Source: Selaginella moellendorffii
Lineage: Eukaryota > Plantae > Lycopodiophyta
Length of the DNA stretch: 64,000 bases
Direction of reading: 5' to 3'
NCBI RefSeq assembly: GCF_000143415.4
Contig: NW_003314321.1
Span: forward strand, 754,236 to 818,235
Shown: positions 13,030-24,030 of the stretch, one piece after another
Layout of the letters: every line of letters begins with the position of its first letter
Numbering within the stretch: position 1 is the first letter of the stretch
Program-made: the position numbers and the translations under genes
The notes under the pieces: model-generated
Databases searched by the model: none
The model's input: only the letters and a program-made list of their open reading frames with translations
Told to the model about the DNA's origin: nothing

Positions 13030-14180
13030 GCGTTATCTTGTCGATCGCACTATCAAATGGGGCAGAAGGATTGATTGATTGGCTGCTATACAGTGGATTA
13101 TCGGGTGGAGCAATGCCGCTGCCATCGTGTTCTTGGCAAATTTATATGACCGTGAATCAAAGCGCTGGGAGAGCTCTCTTCGCTGGCTCACCCCCATGCA
13201 CGATCCTTCATCTTCTATGGCTTAATGGAGTTCTAAGTCTTTTATGTTTTTATTTACAGTATTTTTTCCTCGCAGGTCCTAGTTGCTCCTTGATCATTCA
13301 AGAGCTTGGGCCACCAAATGGGGACTCTCCCCTAACAAAGTTTCCTGGAAGGATAGGTGAGTTTCCTTGAGCTTCAAATTTTCTCTTTTCTCGTGTTTTT
13401 GCTTTGCATACAGTCGCAAATGTCTTGTTCATTGGAGTCTCTCGCAGGAGTTGGCTTCTCTTACTCCAATATGAGCAGCGATTTGAAGTTTCCAGGAGAT
13501 AAGAACACAGGTATTGTTGTCCTGTTTTTCAGTAATAGGCATTGATTGCTCACTCCTCTGTCTTACTTATATCTTTCTTGAGAGATGGTTGGGGTTTCCC
13601 AAGCAGAGATTTCTACATTACTAGTGGAGGTTATGCAAGTAAGCTTGAGGGTTTTAAATATGAATCTCATTTTTTGTCAAAGAATTTACTTTCTTTGTAT
13701 TGATAAATTATCCAGGTTGGAAGGATCATGAAAAGACAGAATCGGCAGATCGTGGTCGCACGCTCTCATTTCCCACACGTTCCATTGTCCGCTACTATAA
13801 TCTCAAAGGCCAGAAAAACGGGGCTCAAGACCAATGCAACAAGATCGTGCTGCAAGGCATGCCTTGCAGCACGAGTTTGGTGTCAATCGCTACAACATCT
13901 ATGCTCCAGTGTGTCTCTGCACCAGTTCTTCTTAGAAAATGTTCACTTGGTTCTTCAGTGATCCCCATAGCAGGTGTCAAGAATTAACCAGGGGGTATGA
14001 TCATAACTACGTTGAGGTCTACTTCAACAGACCGTCCGGACGTCCAACAAGCTCTCCATGCCATTGCAACATACAACTGGATGGGGTGCAGGTTTCAACT
14101 TAGTCGATCATATCTTTTTGTTGCAGCAAAACTATTAGTGGGCAGCATTTGGATGAGACCAATTTATAGAGAGGAGAATC
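13030..14180 (+). pseudogene. Serine carboxypeptidase-like pseudogene (copy of 40510-42390)
   Basis: Colinear remnants ggagcaatgccgctgcc, [64 protein letters not shown], with many indels. Confidence 0.88.
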
Positions 14181-14434
14181 TGAGTACCTAAAAAGTGTTT
14201 TACTTTGTTTTCTATTCACATATTCTATGGTTTTCGTTTGTGTGAGAAGCCGAGCATTGGAGGTCAGCACCTCTCAATTCCGCAACATCTGCGAATTCAT
14301 CACCTTTAGGGCTAGTAGGGGTTTTGGACGTCTTTGGTAGAGAGCTGTCAAAACCACACCACATACCAGCAGTGCAGTAGTGTAGAGCTTGGGAAAATAA
14401 AGTGAAGAACATCTTTTTGGTTTTCTGATACTAA

Positions 14435-16802
14435 TGTCAAAAGAGAATATTGCTGTATACTATATTAGTATAGATAGATTTTAATAGCCATCGAATTGAT
14501 TTCAATCTAGACCATTTGCTCTTGTTGGGGTAATAAGACGTTTCTATATTCACATAACACAGCAAGACTGTGGGCAAATATTTCATACACCCACATTGGT
14601 GGATGTGAGATAACTTTTGTATAATTTAGATTTCATTTTCCTTATAACTTTTTCAAGTTTTGCTCTTTTGCATTTTCTTTTTCATTCATCTTAATAATAA
14701 AGTAATAGCCTCCTCCAATTTTGACTCTAGAGTAGCAATTGGTGTAGTTGCTCAATGATATATAGTTGCAATTGAATAATCAAACTTAATTGATAGTGAT
14801 ATTCATGATATATAATACAATTCCTCTTGCTCTTAGTTGCCAATCTTCGTGTTTGGTTGGAGTTCTTCTATGGGAATCCTGGGGATGATGTGTACTATTG
14901 GTTCGATCATTCTATAGTGATTGCCACATATCATTCTTGGGATGATATTTAGTGTTTGCGTGAATTTCCCACGTGTTTCCAAAGGACAATGTTGCAATAA
15001 TATAATGGTTTGAGTGCAGCCATTGATGTGAATTAAAACATTCTTCTGGGCGTCCTCAAACATGCATTTTGCCAATGATTTATGATAATACTTTTCAACA
15101 ATTACATCATTTCTGTTAAGAGCTATCTAAATTAGTGATACAATTTGGCATTTGTTTTTAGAGCCTTTTATTTAGTGTGGAGCCAAATATGTCGGAGTGG
15201 ATTAAATTGAGAATGTTGTAACGAGTACTTTGTCAAGATTTTATAGGACTTATACATGCATTTGCTTTAACTGCCCTTGACGATACTCTTTGTTTGATAC
15301 AATATTATGAGACAATACCTCTTCCACTTCTTGTTGCACATCTTTTAGCTTCACTTTTTGTGAGGGATAGTCCTGTTTTAATGGAGGTTGATGCTACTAT
15401 TGCCCGAGTTTAAGAACAAGGGTGAGGATGTGATCGTGGAGGTGATGTCCATTGTTAAGTGTGTGATGAAGTTGGTCATACTTATTGGCATTATTAGTGT
15501 TTTTCGGGTTAGCAATTTTAATTTTTTGGGTGGAGACTTTAGTGTTAACAATGTTTTATTGGTGCTACTATAGTGGAAAGTTTAAACACTAAGATGCTTT
15601 TAAGAAACAAGAAGTCACACGAATAGCAGATAGTTTTTGTGTGAATAAGTCAGTAATTTTTCTATATTTTTTTTAGGAGTATCATCAAGGGGTTCACTCA
15701 ACACCATTATTTACTTTCCAAACTTGTTTTTATACTAAAAGATCTTTTGTTATTCTTTTTATATTTGTGGTTATAGGCTCGAGTTTATTTTTTATTGCTC
15801 ATCCTGTTGCTATACATTACCATTTACATTTGTGTCATGCGGCAGAGCGAGTTTTCATTCTTTATAGTAATGATTATACACACTTTTATGCATGGACTAA
15901 GATAGATTTAGTTGTGTATATAGATGATTTTAAACTTGAGTTACAATCATTGCAACTGGTGCTGAGTCAAGCTTTTAACCTCATTTTGTATAGATTAGTT
16001 ATGGTGTAAATATGTTAAATGTGATTTTAATGTTTTTCCTCTTTGTTTTATACTTTCTTATATTTCTTTTATTTCTCTCACTTATGTTTCTTTTTGTCTT
16101 TTGCTTCTATCTCTACTTCCATCATTTTTATCTTTCTATTATTTTTTTTTATATTTTTGTCTTGTTCCTTTATTCCCTTTTCAGATTCTTCCAATGATTT
16201 TTGTGTTGTAGTGGTTGATCGGTTCATAAAGGAGTATGTTAATTTCTCTGAATTTGATATGTCATTTGGTGTTAAAATTTCAACATATCATCTTATTTCA
16301 ACTAGGGATATTCATCTAATCAAGGTTTTTATTCATTATTGGTCATTAAAAAAGATCAAGATTTTATATATAAATGTTAAAAAGATGTTAAAAAAGAGTG
16401 TTATCTGAAAGTTGAGGAATCCTTGAGTATATAAACCTTATATTATGATAAAGCCTGATGGGAGTATTCATTTTTGCATCGATTATCATTTGTTAAAGAA
16501 AGTGATGATTCAAAATATATATCTTTTTCCTCACCCTACTAATTTTTAAAATTATTTAGAGAGAATCATTAGTTCACCAAATTAGATATTGCTTCTAGAT
16601 ACTGGCAAATGCCAATGGCTGAAAAAAATATTCCTAAGATTGTTTTTTGTACACCATTTAATTTATACAAATTCTTGGTGATGTCATTTGGTTTAAAAAA
16701 TGTTTCAAAGACTTTCCAATAAATGATGAATAAGGTTTTTTGTGATATTGCTAATTTCATTAATAATAATTTGATTCACTTGGAGGGGATGTGAGAGGGA
16801 CA
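14435..16802 (+). mobile_element. Highly decayed, 3'-truncated Ty3/gypsy copy of the family at 57894-62903 (LTR, PBS, gag, protease, part of RT)
   Basis: LTR remnant ending acacccaca at 14595, then ttggtggatgtgag (PBS). Colinear with the younger copies, e.g. FSDSSNDFCVVVVDRFIKEY and FTKLDIASRYWQMPMA. Extreme AT enrichment. Confidence 0.88.
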
Positions 16803-17714
16803 GATATCTATTTAATGTATGTTTTGCAAAACTCAACTTTTCTTATTCTATATTCTTAGTGTAGAAAGATTTGAAAGACTACCATTGAAAATAATATAAT
16901 TTTTATTTCCTTGAATTAAACTTTTGCCCTTCTAGCATTCTCACCATTAGCTTCTAATCTTGAAAGCATTGAGAAATTGTCCTTTTTTTCTCTTGAGTTT
17001 AACAATTTAAATTAAAAAATTAAATAAATTACTCTTTAGGAAAGAGGTAGTGAATTGTCAGATGCTGCCAAATTTCAACTTAGAAATGAAAATAAAAACT
17101 AAAAAGCTTTTTTATATGTTTTAAAATTAAAATAAAACTGTTTCAACAGAAGAAGTATGCAAAGAATAATTGCTAAATTTTATAAAAGAATATCAATAAT
17201 AGAGGTACTTTGCCATACAAATCTGATATCAGTAGAAAAAAGAAATAAGACCATAGTTTTCCCATCTCTTGAGAAAAGCAATGACATTATTGCTAAACAA
17301 AAGCTAAAACTCTAACCTCATAAGAACTGACTCAATTGCTTTTTCAGTTCTCACACATCCTAACCATTCACATTCACATTCTTGATTGGAATATAAAACC
17401 CTGCCTTTTAAATATATAAGGGTAAAGGATGTGATCAGGGTGCTAGAGGTGGTTTCCTTGCCCAAGAGGATGGATAAACTCTATGTCTAGGAGGTTATTG
17501 AAGTTTTTGCACAGAATGGATCCCTGAAGTTTTTGGAGTCTTTGCAGTGTGAGCAGAACCTTGAAAGATTTTCACAAAGCAACTCAATTCTCTTTACAAA
17601 ATGTGAAAGCATCTCCAGCTTCAAAAACAAAATCTTCTTCATTTTCTTTAAATTGAGGGGAAAAGTTTTGTATTCCAAGATTGATCACAAACTTCTTAAA
17701 CAAGGCTAAGATCA

Positions 17715-19795
17715 TTGAACGTGATGGTGGGCGCGCGCGTGCTTTGGAGGCCGCGATTCCTACGCGGCTGGGAGATTTCTGGTGCTTCCGTACGTGGTTT
17801 CTTTGCACAAGAGGATGGATGTGCTCTATGTTCGGGAGGTTTTCGATGCGCTCTACCAGGATATCGTAGAAACGCTGGCGATCGAGGACTGCTCTCTGTG
17901 CCTCTTGAATGGCAACTCCGGCGTGGGCAAATCGGCCTTCCTGTGGTACTTCATCATCAGGACGGGCATCGACAAGCCGGGCTCGCTCATCCTGTACGAG
18001 TCCGAGACTTTCATCTGGGAGTTTCGAGGCCGCTCTCTCAAGCTCATCGCCAAGCACGACTATCCTCTCCACCTCATCGCATCGCCCAGTGTCGACTACC
18101 ATCTGATCGATCAGAAGATTTCGTCCGGCAGGACGCTCGGCGCTCAAGCACTCCTTGCGGGCTCTCCAGACGAGAGCAACACAAAGATCGCGTCTCCCGG
18201 TTTGGAACAAGAGAGAGTTTGATGCTCTCGTGGAAAGCTGGAAGAGGAGGGCCGATTCGATGCCCCGGCTACCGGATGGAAGCCCGTCCGCGAGAGCAGC
18301 TCACGCGTACCAAAGAGTGGCCGCCGCCAACTTAGCGTTCGAGTGGTTTGGCGGCGTTCCTCGGCTTCTCTGGGATCGCGAGCTTGAAACTCTCACCGAG
18401 GAGGACTTTGCTTCGGATGTTACCAAGTGCCTTTCGAGCACGAAGCTCAAGAATGTGGCAGCCATCTTGGAAAACCATTATTCCATTTCGTGTTGAGGCC
18501 CGGATCTTTCAGCCGGTTCCAGTATACGTTTTGCTCGGACAAGGTGGCGAGCATGTTTGCGCAGTACCTGTGTAGCGCTACGAACGTGGAGAAGCTCGGA
18601 AGGTTTCTTGAGGCTACTCGGATGTTCAAGGAGTACGCGAGCTTGCGGGGCTTCCTCTTCGAGCAGTATGTGCTCCGCCAGGCTCTCCAGCGCAACATCA
18701 TGGCCTTGCCGGCGGTAAAGTTCTTGTGATCTTGGCTGAACTTCTTCTCACTTAGTCGTGCTTGCAGAGCGATTCAGCTTGCTGTGGAGCGTGCCACCGG
18801 AAGAACACTGCGAGGATTCAATGCGGGGGTTGTCTCGGCTGGTACCATACCAAGTGTGTACAAGCGAAAGTTACCTCCACGAGGTTTCGCTGTGAACGCT
18901 GCGATGGTGCTCCCGAGGTGGTGGAGCCTCTCTTGCTGCGTTACTACGAAGGAGATCTCGAGGATGCATTGCTCGCAGCTGGTATAACGCTCTTTGTTTC
19001 TTCTCGCTATGATTCTAGAAAGCTTTTTGCGTTCTTCAAGGCAGGGATGCAGCAAAGTTCCTGTGGAGACCACTGAGAAAGAACAGCGCAGGACTTGGCT
19101 TCGTGTGGTTGCCACGAACGCTGGGCGTTGCCACAGTTTGTCGCGATCGCAAACCGGCAGTGGAGCATCTGGCAAAGGCAATGCAGGCCTTGCGAAGTTG
19201 GAGGCACGAGTACGATCGCAGCTACACTGAGGAGGACAACATAGTACTCTTGTTTCTCGTGTCTCCGGACGCTTTCTCGAGCTTCCAGTTTCAGCCATAC
19301 CAAGTATCTGGAAAGGTTTCTCACAAAGCCATGAAAGGTGAGCTTTGCTAGAGTTTGTGAGAAGATCTTAGTCTTTTCTTCTTAGGAGTTGTGCAGTGTA
19401 AGATGGCTGTTCCAGTGCAAGGCAGTGCTTATCTCTCGCTGCTCGAGCCCAGGAACTTGGAGGGTGTTGCTGCTGTGGATTTGGATCGGCCGGAAACTTG
19501 GGAGGATGTCTTGGGTTGTGCCGAGCTCGCGCAGGATCACGACAATGGTCTGGAGATGCTACTCACAGAAGAGAAGATCGGGATGTGTGAGCGCAAGCTG
19601 GTCTACGAGGGAGATTTCCTCGACGTGTTAGAAGAGCTCGAAGATATCCAGCATAACCAGAGACGACTCCAGGCTGTGTGCAAGATTTACAAGATTCCCG
19701 CGACTTCTTCCAGCTCGCAGATGCTGGAGCTAAGCGCAAGGAACTGGAAAAACTCAAAGCCAAGTGCCAAGAACTTGAGGACCTCGAAGAGCTAG
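17715..19795 (+). pseudogene. Crinkler/RHS-type P-loop NTPase plus REase-fold protein with inserted PHD finger; frameshifted
   Basis: LYVREVFDALY, Walker A GNSGVGKS (17911-17934), YHLID, LLAGSP, LPVW...FGGVPR, FCSDKV, LRGFLFEQYV, C4HC3 PHD (18780-18902), LLFLVSPDAFSSFQFQPY. GT-AG introns at 18715-18767 and 19338-19385. About 4 frameshifts. Confidence 0.75.
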
Positions 19796-19851
19796 ACTAG
19801 AAAGTTTTCCCAAGGTGACGGGCATTTTTGCAAAGAGAAAGAGCTTGCGAG

Positions 19852-21792
19852 CTACGTGACGATCAAACTCTCGTTGAGCTTGCTGCCACCGCCTTCTCCA
19901 TCACTCGGCCTCGCGATGGCGCCACAGAGATCACTGCGATCACCCCGGTAGATGTTTGCCAGGAGCACATACGAGGCCGAGTCCTCGGGCTCCAAGCTAA
20001 ACACCCGCCGCGCAGCGCTAGCGCCACTCTCCATGTCCTTGTAGCTCCGGCAAGCTCCCAGAAAGCATCGCCACTCCAGCGCATCCGGCAAGAACGGCAT
20101 GCTCGCAATCAGATCCTGCGCGTCGCGGAGATGCCCGGCCCTGCCCAAGAGATCCAGCACGCAGCAGTAGTGCTGCTTGCTCGCTCGCAATCCATAGTCC
20201 ATGCCCATGGACACGAAGTAGGATCGCGAGCCATAGACCTTGCCCTGGATGCTACACGCCAGGAGCACGGACACGAAGCACGCTTCGTCCGGCGCATCGA
20301 TCGGCGCAAGCGCATGGAATAGATCCAGCGCCTCAATCGAGTGGCCGCTCTGCGCGTAGCCGGCCAGCATCGCGCTCCAGCACACCACGTCGGGGCTCCA
20401 CATCCCATCCAGTAGCGCCCTCGCGGCGCGCACATCGCCGCGCTGCGCCATCGCCGCCAGCATTGTCGTGCACGACACGAGATTCCTCTCGGGCATCGCG
20501 TCGAAGAGCGCCTTGGCCTCGTCTAGGGCCCCTCCGCCAACGTAGGCGCCAACCATGGCCGTCCACGTCACCAAATTCTGATTGGGCATCGCGTCAAACG
20601 TGTGCTTGGCCTCCTCCAGATGCCCATTCTGGGCATATGCCACGAGCATCGCGTTCCAGCACACAACGTTTTGCTGGGGCATCTCGTCGAAGATTCGCTT
20701 CGCTTCTTCCACGTGGCCGGCCTCCGCGTGAGCCACAAGCACAGCCGTTGTCGATATGAGATTATGCTCGGGCATATTCTCGTAGAGCCTTGATGCCTCA
20801 TCCAGATGCCCAAGCTGGGCATATGCTGATAACAGGGCGTTCCAGGTGACTACGTTGCGCTGGTCCATTTGATCGAAGGTTTGCCTTGCCAATGCCAATT
20901 TTCCGTTGCTTGCGTACGCAGTGAGCATTGCGGTAGAGAGCACTAGGTCCTGCTCCGGAATTTGGACGTAAATCCGCTTTGCCCCATCCAGATGCCCATT
21001 CTGGGCATATGCAGTTAGCATTGCGGTCGAGCAGTACGGATCCCATTCGGGCATGTCGCCGTACAGCGCCATGGCGGAATCCAAGTGGGATCTGTGTGTG
21101 TGCCCCGTTAGCAGCGTCGTCCACGTCACAAGATCTCTCGCCGGCATTTGCTCAAAGAGAAACTCGGCAATTTGCAAATGCCCACTTTGGGCATATGCGG
21201 TTAGGATAGCATTCCACGACACGAGATTTTTCTCTGGAGTGGCATCGAAGGTAAGTTTTGCGTCTTCCAAGAGCCCACTTTGGGCATACGCTGCTAGCAT
21301 CGCATTATAACACGCGATCGTTCTCTCTGGCATAGAAGAAAATATCTCCTCGGCATCTTTGAGATGCCCATTTTGGGCATAGGCCGATAGCATCGCGCTC
21401 CACGAGACCGGTGTCCTGTCGGGCATTTGATCGAAAAGGAGCTTCGCGGCTTCCAGATACCCGGCCCGGGCATAGGTCGATAGCATGACGTTGGAAGCCA
21501 CTGGACACTCCTCCGGGAGCTCGTCGAAGAGACGCTTGGCCTCGAGGAGCTGCCGGTTCTGCGCGTAGGCCGAGATGATCATCACCCAAGTGTAGCTATC
21601 TTTCGCCCGGATCCCATCGAAAACCTGCTGTGCGTGCCTCGGGCTGCCACACTTCCCATACATCTCGATGAGCTTGTTGAGCACGAAGACGTCGGATGGA
21701 TTGATCTTGGCTCGGATTCGCGAGTGGACCTCGGTGGCTGCTCGGAGCGTCTTGGAGGACTCGATCTGTCTGACCAGAGCGCTTCTGTCCAT
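19852..21792 (-). CDS. PLS-class pentatricopeptide repeat protein with truncated E domain, no DYW
   Basis: Intronless 646-aa ORF with many SWNAMLxAYAQNGH repeats, ending HYCCVLDLLGRAG...YVLLANIY. Confidence 0.93.
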   Translation of the reverse strand: MDRSALVRQIESSKTLRAATEVHSRIRAKINPSDVFVLNKLIEMYGKCGSPRHAQQVFDGIRAKDSYTWVMIISAYAQNRQLLEAKRLFDELPEECPVASNVMLSTYARAGYLEAAKLLFDQMPDRTPVSWSAMLSAYAQNGHLKDAEEIFSSMPERTIACYNAMLAAYAQSGLLEDAKLTFDATPEKNLVSWNAILTAYAQSGHLQIAEFLFEQMPARDLVTWTTLLTGHTHRSHLDSAMALYGDMPEWDPYCSTAMLTAYAQNGHLDGAKRIYVQIPEQDLVLSTAMLTAYASNGKLALARQTFDQMDQRNVVTWNALLSAYAQLGHLDEASRLYENMPEHNLISTTAVLVAHAEAGHVEEAKRIFDEMPQQNVVCWNAMLVAYAQNGHLEEAKHTFDAMPNQNLVTWTAMVGAYVGGGALDEAKALFDAMPERNLVSCTTMLAAMAQRGDVRAARALLDGMWSPDVVCWSAMLAGYAQSGHSIEALDLFHALAPIDAPDEACFVSVLLACSIQGKVYGSRSYFVSMGMDYGLRASKQHYCCVLDLLGRAGHLRDAQDLIASMPFLPDALEWRCFLGACRSYKDMESGASAARRVFSLEPEDSASYVLLANIYRGDRSDLCGAIARPSDGEGGGSKLNESLIVT

Positions 21793-21900
21793 ATAGAAAC
21801 TCGACTGTGCCGTCTCATAGAACTCGCGAGCGATGGAGATCTTCCAAACTCCTTGGAAGAAAGCATAAAAATTTAAGTAGAAGAAACTGTGCTGTGGAGG

Positions 21901-23745
21901 TCACCTGGGAACTTCTGCCGAGCTGCTGAAGTAGAATGGAACCGAGCCCGAGTAGCTCGTCCCGGTCGTGGAGGCGAGCTCCTGCGCGTTTACCATGAGT
22001 GGGATCGGCCTCTCGGGCATGGACGGCACCGCGAGATCGTTCTCCAGCATCTTCACAACCTGTGCCATGCTCGGCCTGTAAGCTACCTGGGGATGAGCGC
22101 ACAGGAGTGCCACCAGTATAAAACTCTCCACCACCTCCTCGTCTCCCAGCTTGTCCATGGGCTGCTGCAAAATATCCACGATCCGCGTCTCCTTCATCAC
22201 TGACCACGCCCAGTCCGCGATGGGCACCGGCCTGTCGCTGGCTGGAGTGTGAACCAGCGCCTTTCTCCCGCTGAGCAGCTCCAAGAACACGATCCCAAAG
22301 CTGTAGACGTCGCTCTTGTCGGTCAGCTGATTGTAGAGAACGTACTCCGGAGCGACGTAGCCTTGGGTTCCGGCAACTCCAGTCGTCATGTGTGTCATCC
22401 CCTCGGGAGCGAACTTGGCGAGGCCGAAGTCCGCGACTTTGGCGTTGAATTCCGAATCCAGGAGAATGTTGCCACCTTTGATGTCCCTGTGGATGATCGC
22501 TGGCTGCGCACCGTTGTGCAAGTATGCCAATCCTTTGGCCGTTCCAATCGCGATCTTCTGGCGAGTCGGCCAGTCGAGGTTCTTCTTAAACTTCCCAAAG
22601 AGGTGATCGTCGAGGCTGCCGTTGGACATGAACTCGTAGACGATGATCCGCTGGTGTCCCTCGCTGCGGCTGCTTCCAATGCACCATCCCAGGAGAGGAG
22701 CCAAGTTCTTGTGCCGGACGCTGCTGATCATCTCCATCTCGTGGACGAATCCCTCGTCACCCGCGGGAGAGCAGTTCTTGAATCTCTTGAGTGCCACCAC
22801 CGTTCCATCCTGGAGAACTCCCTTGTAAACGTTTCCATAGCCACCTTGCCCGATGAGCGTCGTCCGGTGGAAGTTCCTGGTCGCCGCCTTCATCTCGTGC
22901 ATGTCGAAGCGAATCAAGCTCGCGTTGGAATGCATCGATCTCTCGAGAGCGGAGTCTCGATCCTCCAGCAGCTTCCTTCGAGATTTTTCCTTGCAGCGTT
23001 TCCTCCACCATAGCCAAGCCAGCACTCCTGTGCCACTTAACGCTAAAAATCCAGCCACCACGATCAAAGCGATCTTCCAGACCTCTCTTTTCTCCCCACC
23101 TCGGCTTCCCTGGTTGAAGAACATGCATGCCACTGTGCCTGGATCCGTCGGGCCATTAAGATTCACGATGGAGGCAGCGTAGATGTGAGCGTAATCCAGG
23201 CAAGTGCTGCCATTGGATCGAAAGCTCACCGAGCTCACCACAGCGGCAGTGCAAGCGCTGCAAGACGGCCCATCTCCAATATTTCCTCGGCAGTTCGTCT
23301 GGATATTCGCTATGGAGGCCGAGCTCGTGGCGCTCGTGAAATCCCCGACGCTGGTGAAATTCGGGCAGCGCGTGGATCCTGATTCTAGAGTCTGAGAATC
23401 GATGCTACACCGTACCGTGATATCTGGAGCCACGCCCTGGCGCTGGAGCGACGCCTGGAAATCTTGGATGCATGTCGATGCGGTGGCTGCTGGGAACAAG
23501 AATCTCTGCGTCCTGTTGAGCTGCGCCGCGATGACAAGATTGAGCTCCTCCCTCACGGCCAGACACTGGCGTCCCGGATCCCTGTCATTCCTCGCGAAAG
23601 CAAACTCGTCGGCAGTCACCGAGAAATCCAGAGGGCAAGAAGATTGGCCGAGAACGAGCAATCGCGCTGGGGAGAAGAATCGGAGCAGCGCCGCTGCTGC
23701 CACCGCTACAAGAAGCAAGCGCCTTGATCGGCCATAGGCGGACAT
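21901..23745 (-). CDS. RKF3: RKF3-like receptor-like kinase with Cys-rich SPARK-type ectodomain
   Basis: Signal peptide; SSCPLDF...C...CSACT Cys-rich ectodomain; transmembrane helix; kinase motifs GQGGYG, VALKRFKNCSPAGD, EGHQRIIV, HRDIKGGN, DFG, YVAPEY. ATG at 23745. Confidence 0.85.
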   Translation of the reverse strand: MSAYGRSRRLLLVAVAAAALLRFFSPARLLVLGQSSCPLDFSVTADEFAFARNDRDPGRQCLAVREELNLVIAAQLNRTQRFLFPAATASTCIQDFQASLQRQGVAPDITVRCSIDSQTLESGSTRCPNFTSVGDFTSATSSASIANIQTNCRGNIGDGPSCSACTAAVVSSVSFRSNGSTCLDYAHIYAASIVNLNGPTDPGTVACMFFNQGSRGGEKREVWKIALIVVAGFLALSGTGVLAWLWWRKRCKEKSRRKLLEDRDSALERSMHSNASLIRFDMHEMKAATRNFHRTTLIGQGGYGNVYKGVLQDGTVVALKRFKNCSPAGDEGFVHEMEMISSVRHKNLAPLLGWCIGSSRSEGHQRIIVYEFMSNGSLDDHLFGKFKKNLDWPTRQKIAIGTAKGLAYLHNGAQPAIIHRDIKGGNILLDSEFNAKVADFGLAKFAPEGMTHMTTGVAGTQGYVAPEYVLYNQLTDKSDVYSFGIVFLELLSGRKALVHTPASDRPVPIADWAWSVMKETRIVDILQQPMDKLGDEEVVESFILVALLCAHPQVAYRPSMAQVVKMLENDLAVPSMPERPIPLMVNAQELASTTGTSYSGSVPFYFSSSAEVPR

Positions 23746-24030
23746 CAGCGATCGATTGCTCGATCTCTCGCCAGAAGAGAAAATCAAAAGCGACTGCTAG
23801 AAGACGACAGAGGACATGACAATCGTGTGTTCGAATCTTAGCCCTATAATTTGGACAAAGGGTAAAAAAGAGGACGTTAAAAAGAAATGCGGTAGAAGTA
23901 GAAAAATGAGACTACTTGGGATCGAATCCTGCCCCCTGCGCAACGCGTCTAAGGTCCACCGACACTACACTCTAAAAGAAGAAGCTCGCTTTCTTCCATC
24001 GTGCATTCGATCCAATCTTACTCCAAATCC

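Noticed and set aside
16012-16197. Phe/Leu-rich membrane-protein-like ORFs
   Set aside because: Artefact of T-rich decay in the old gypsy copy.
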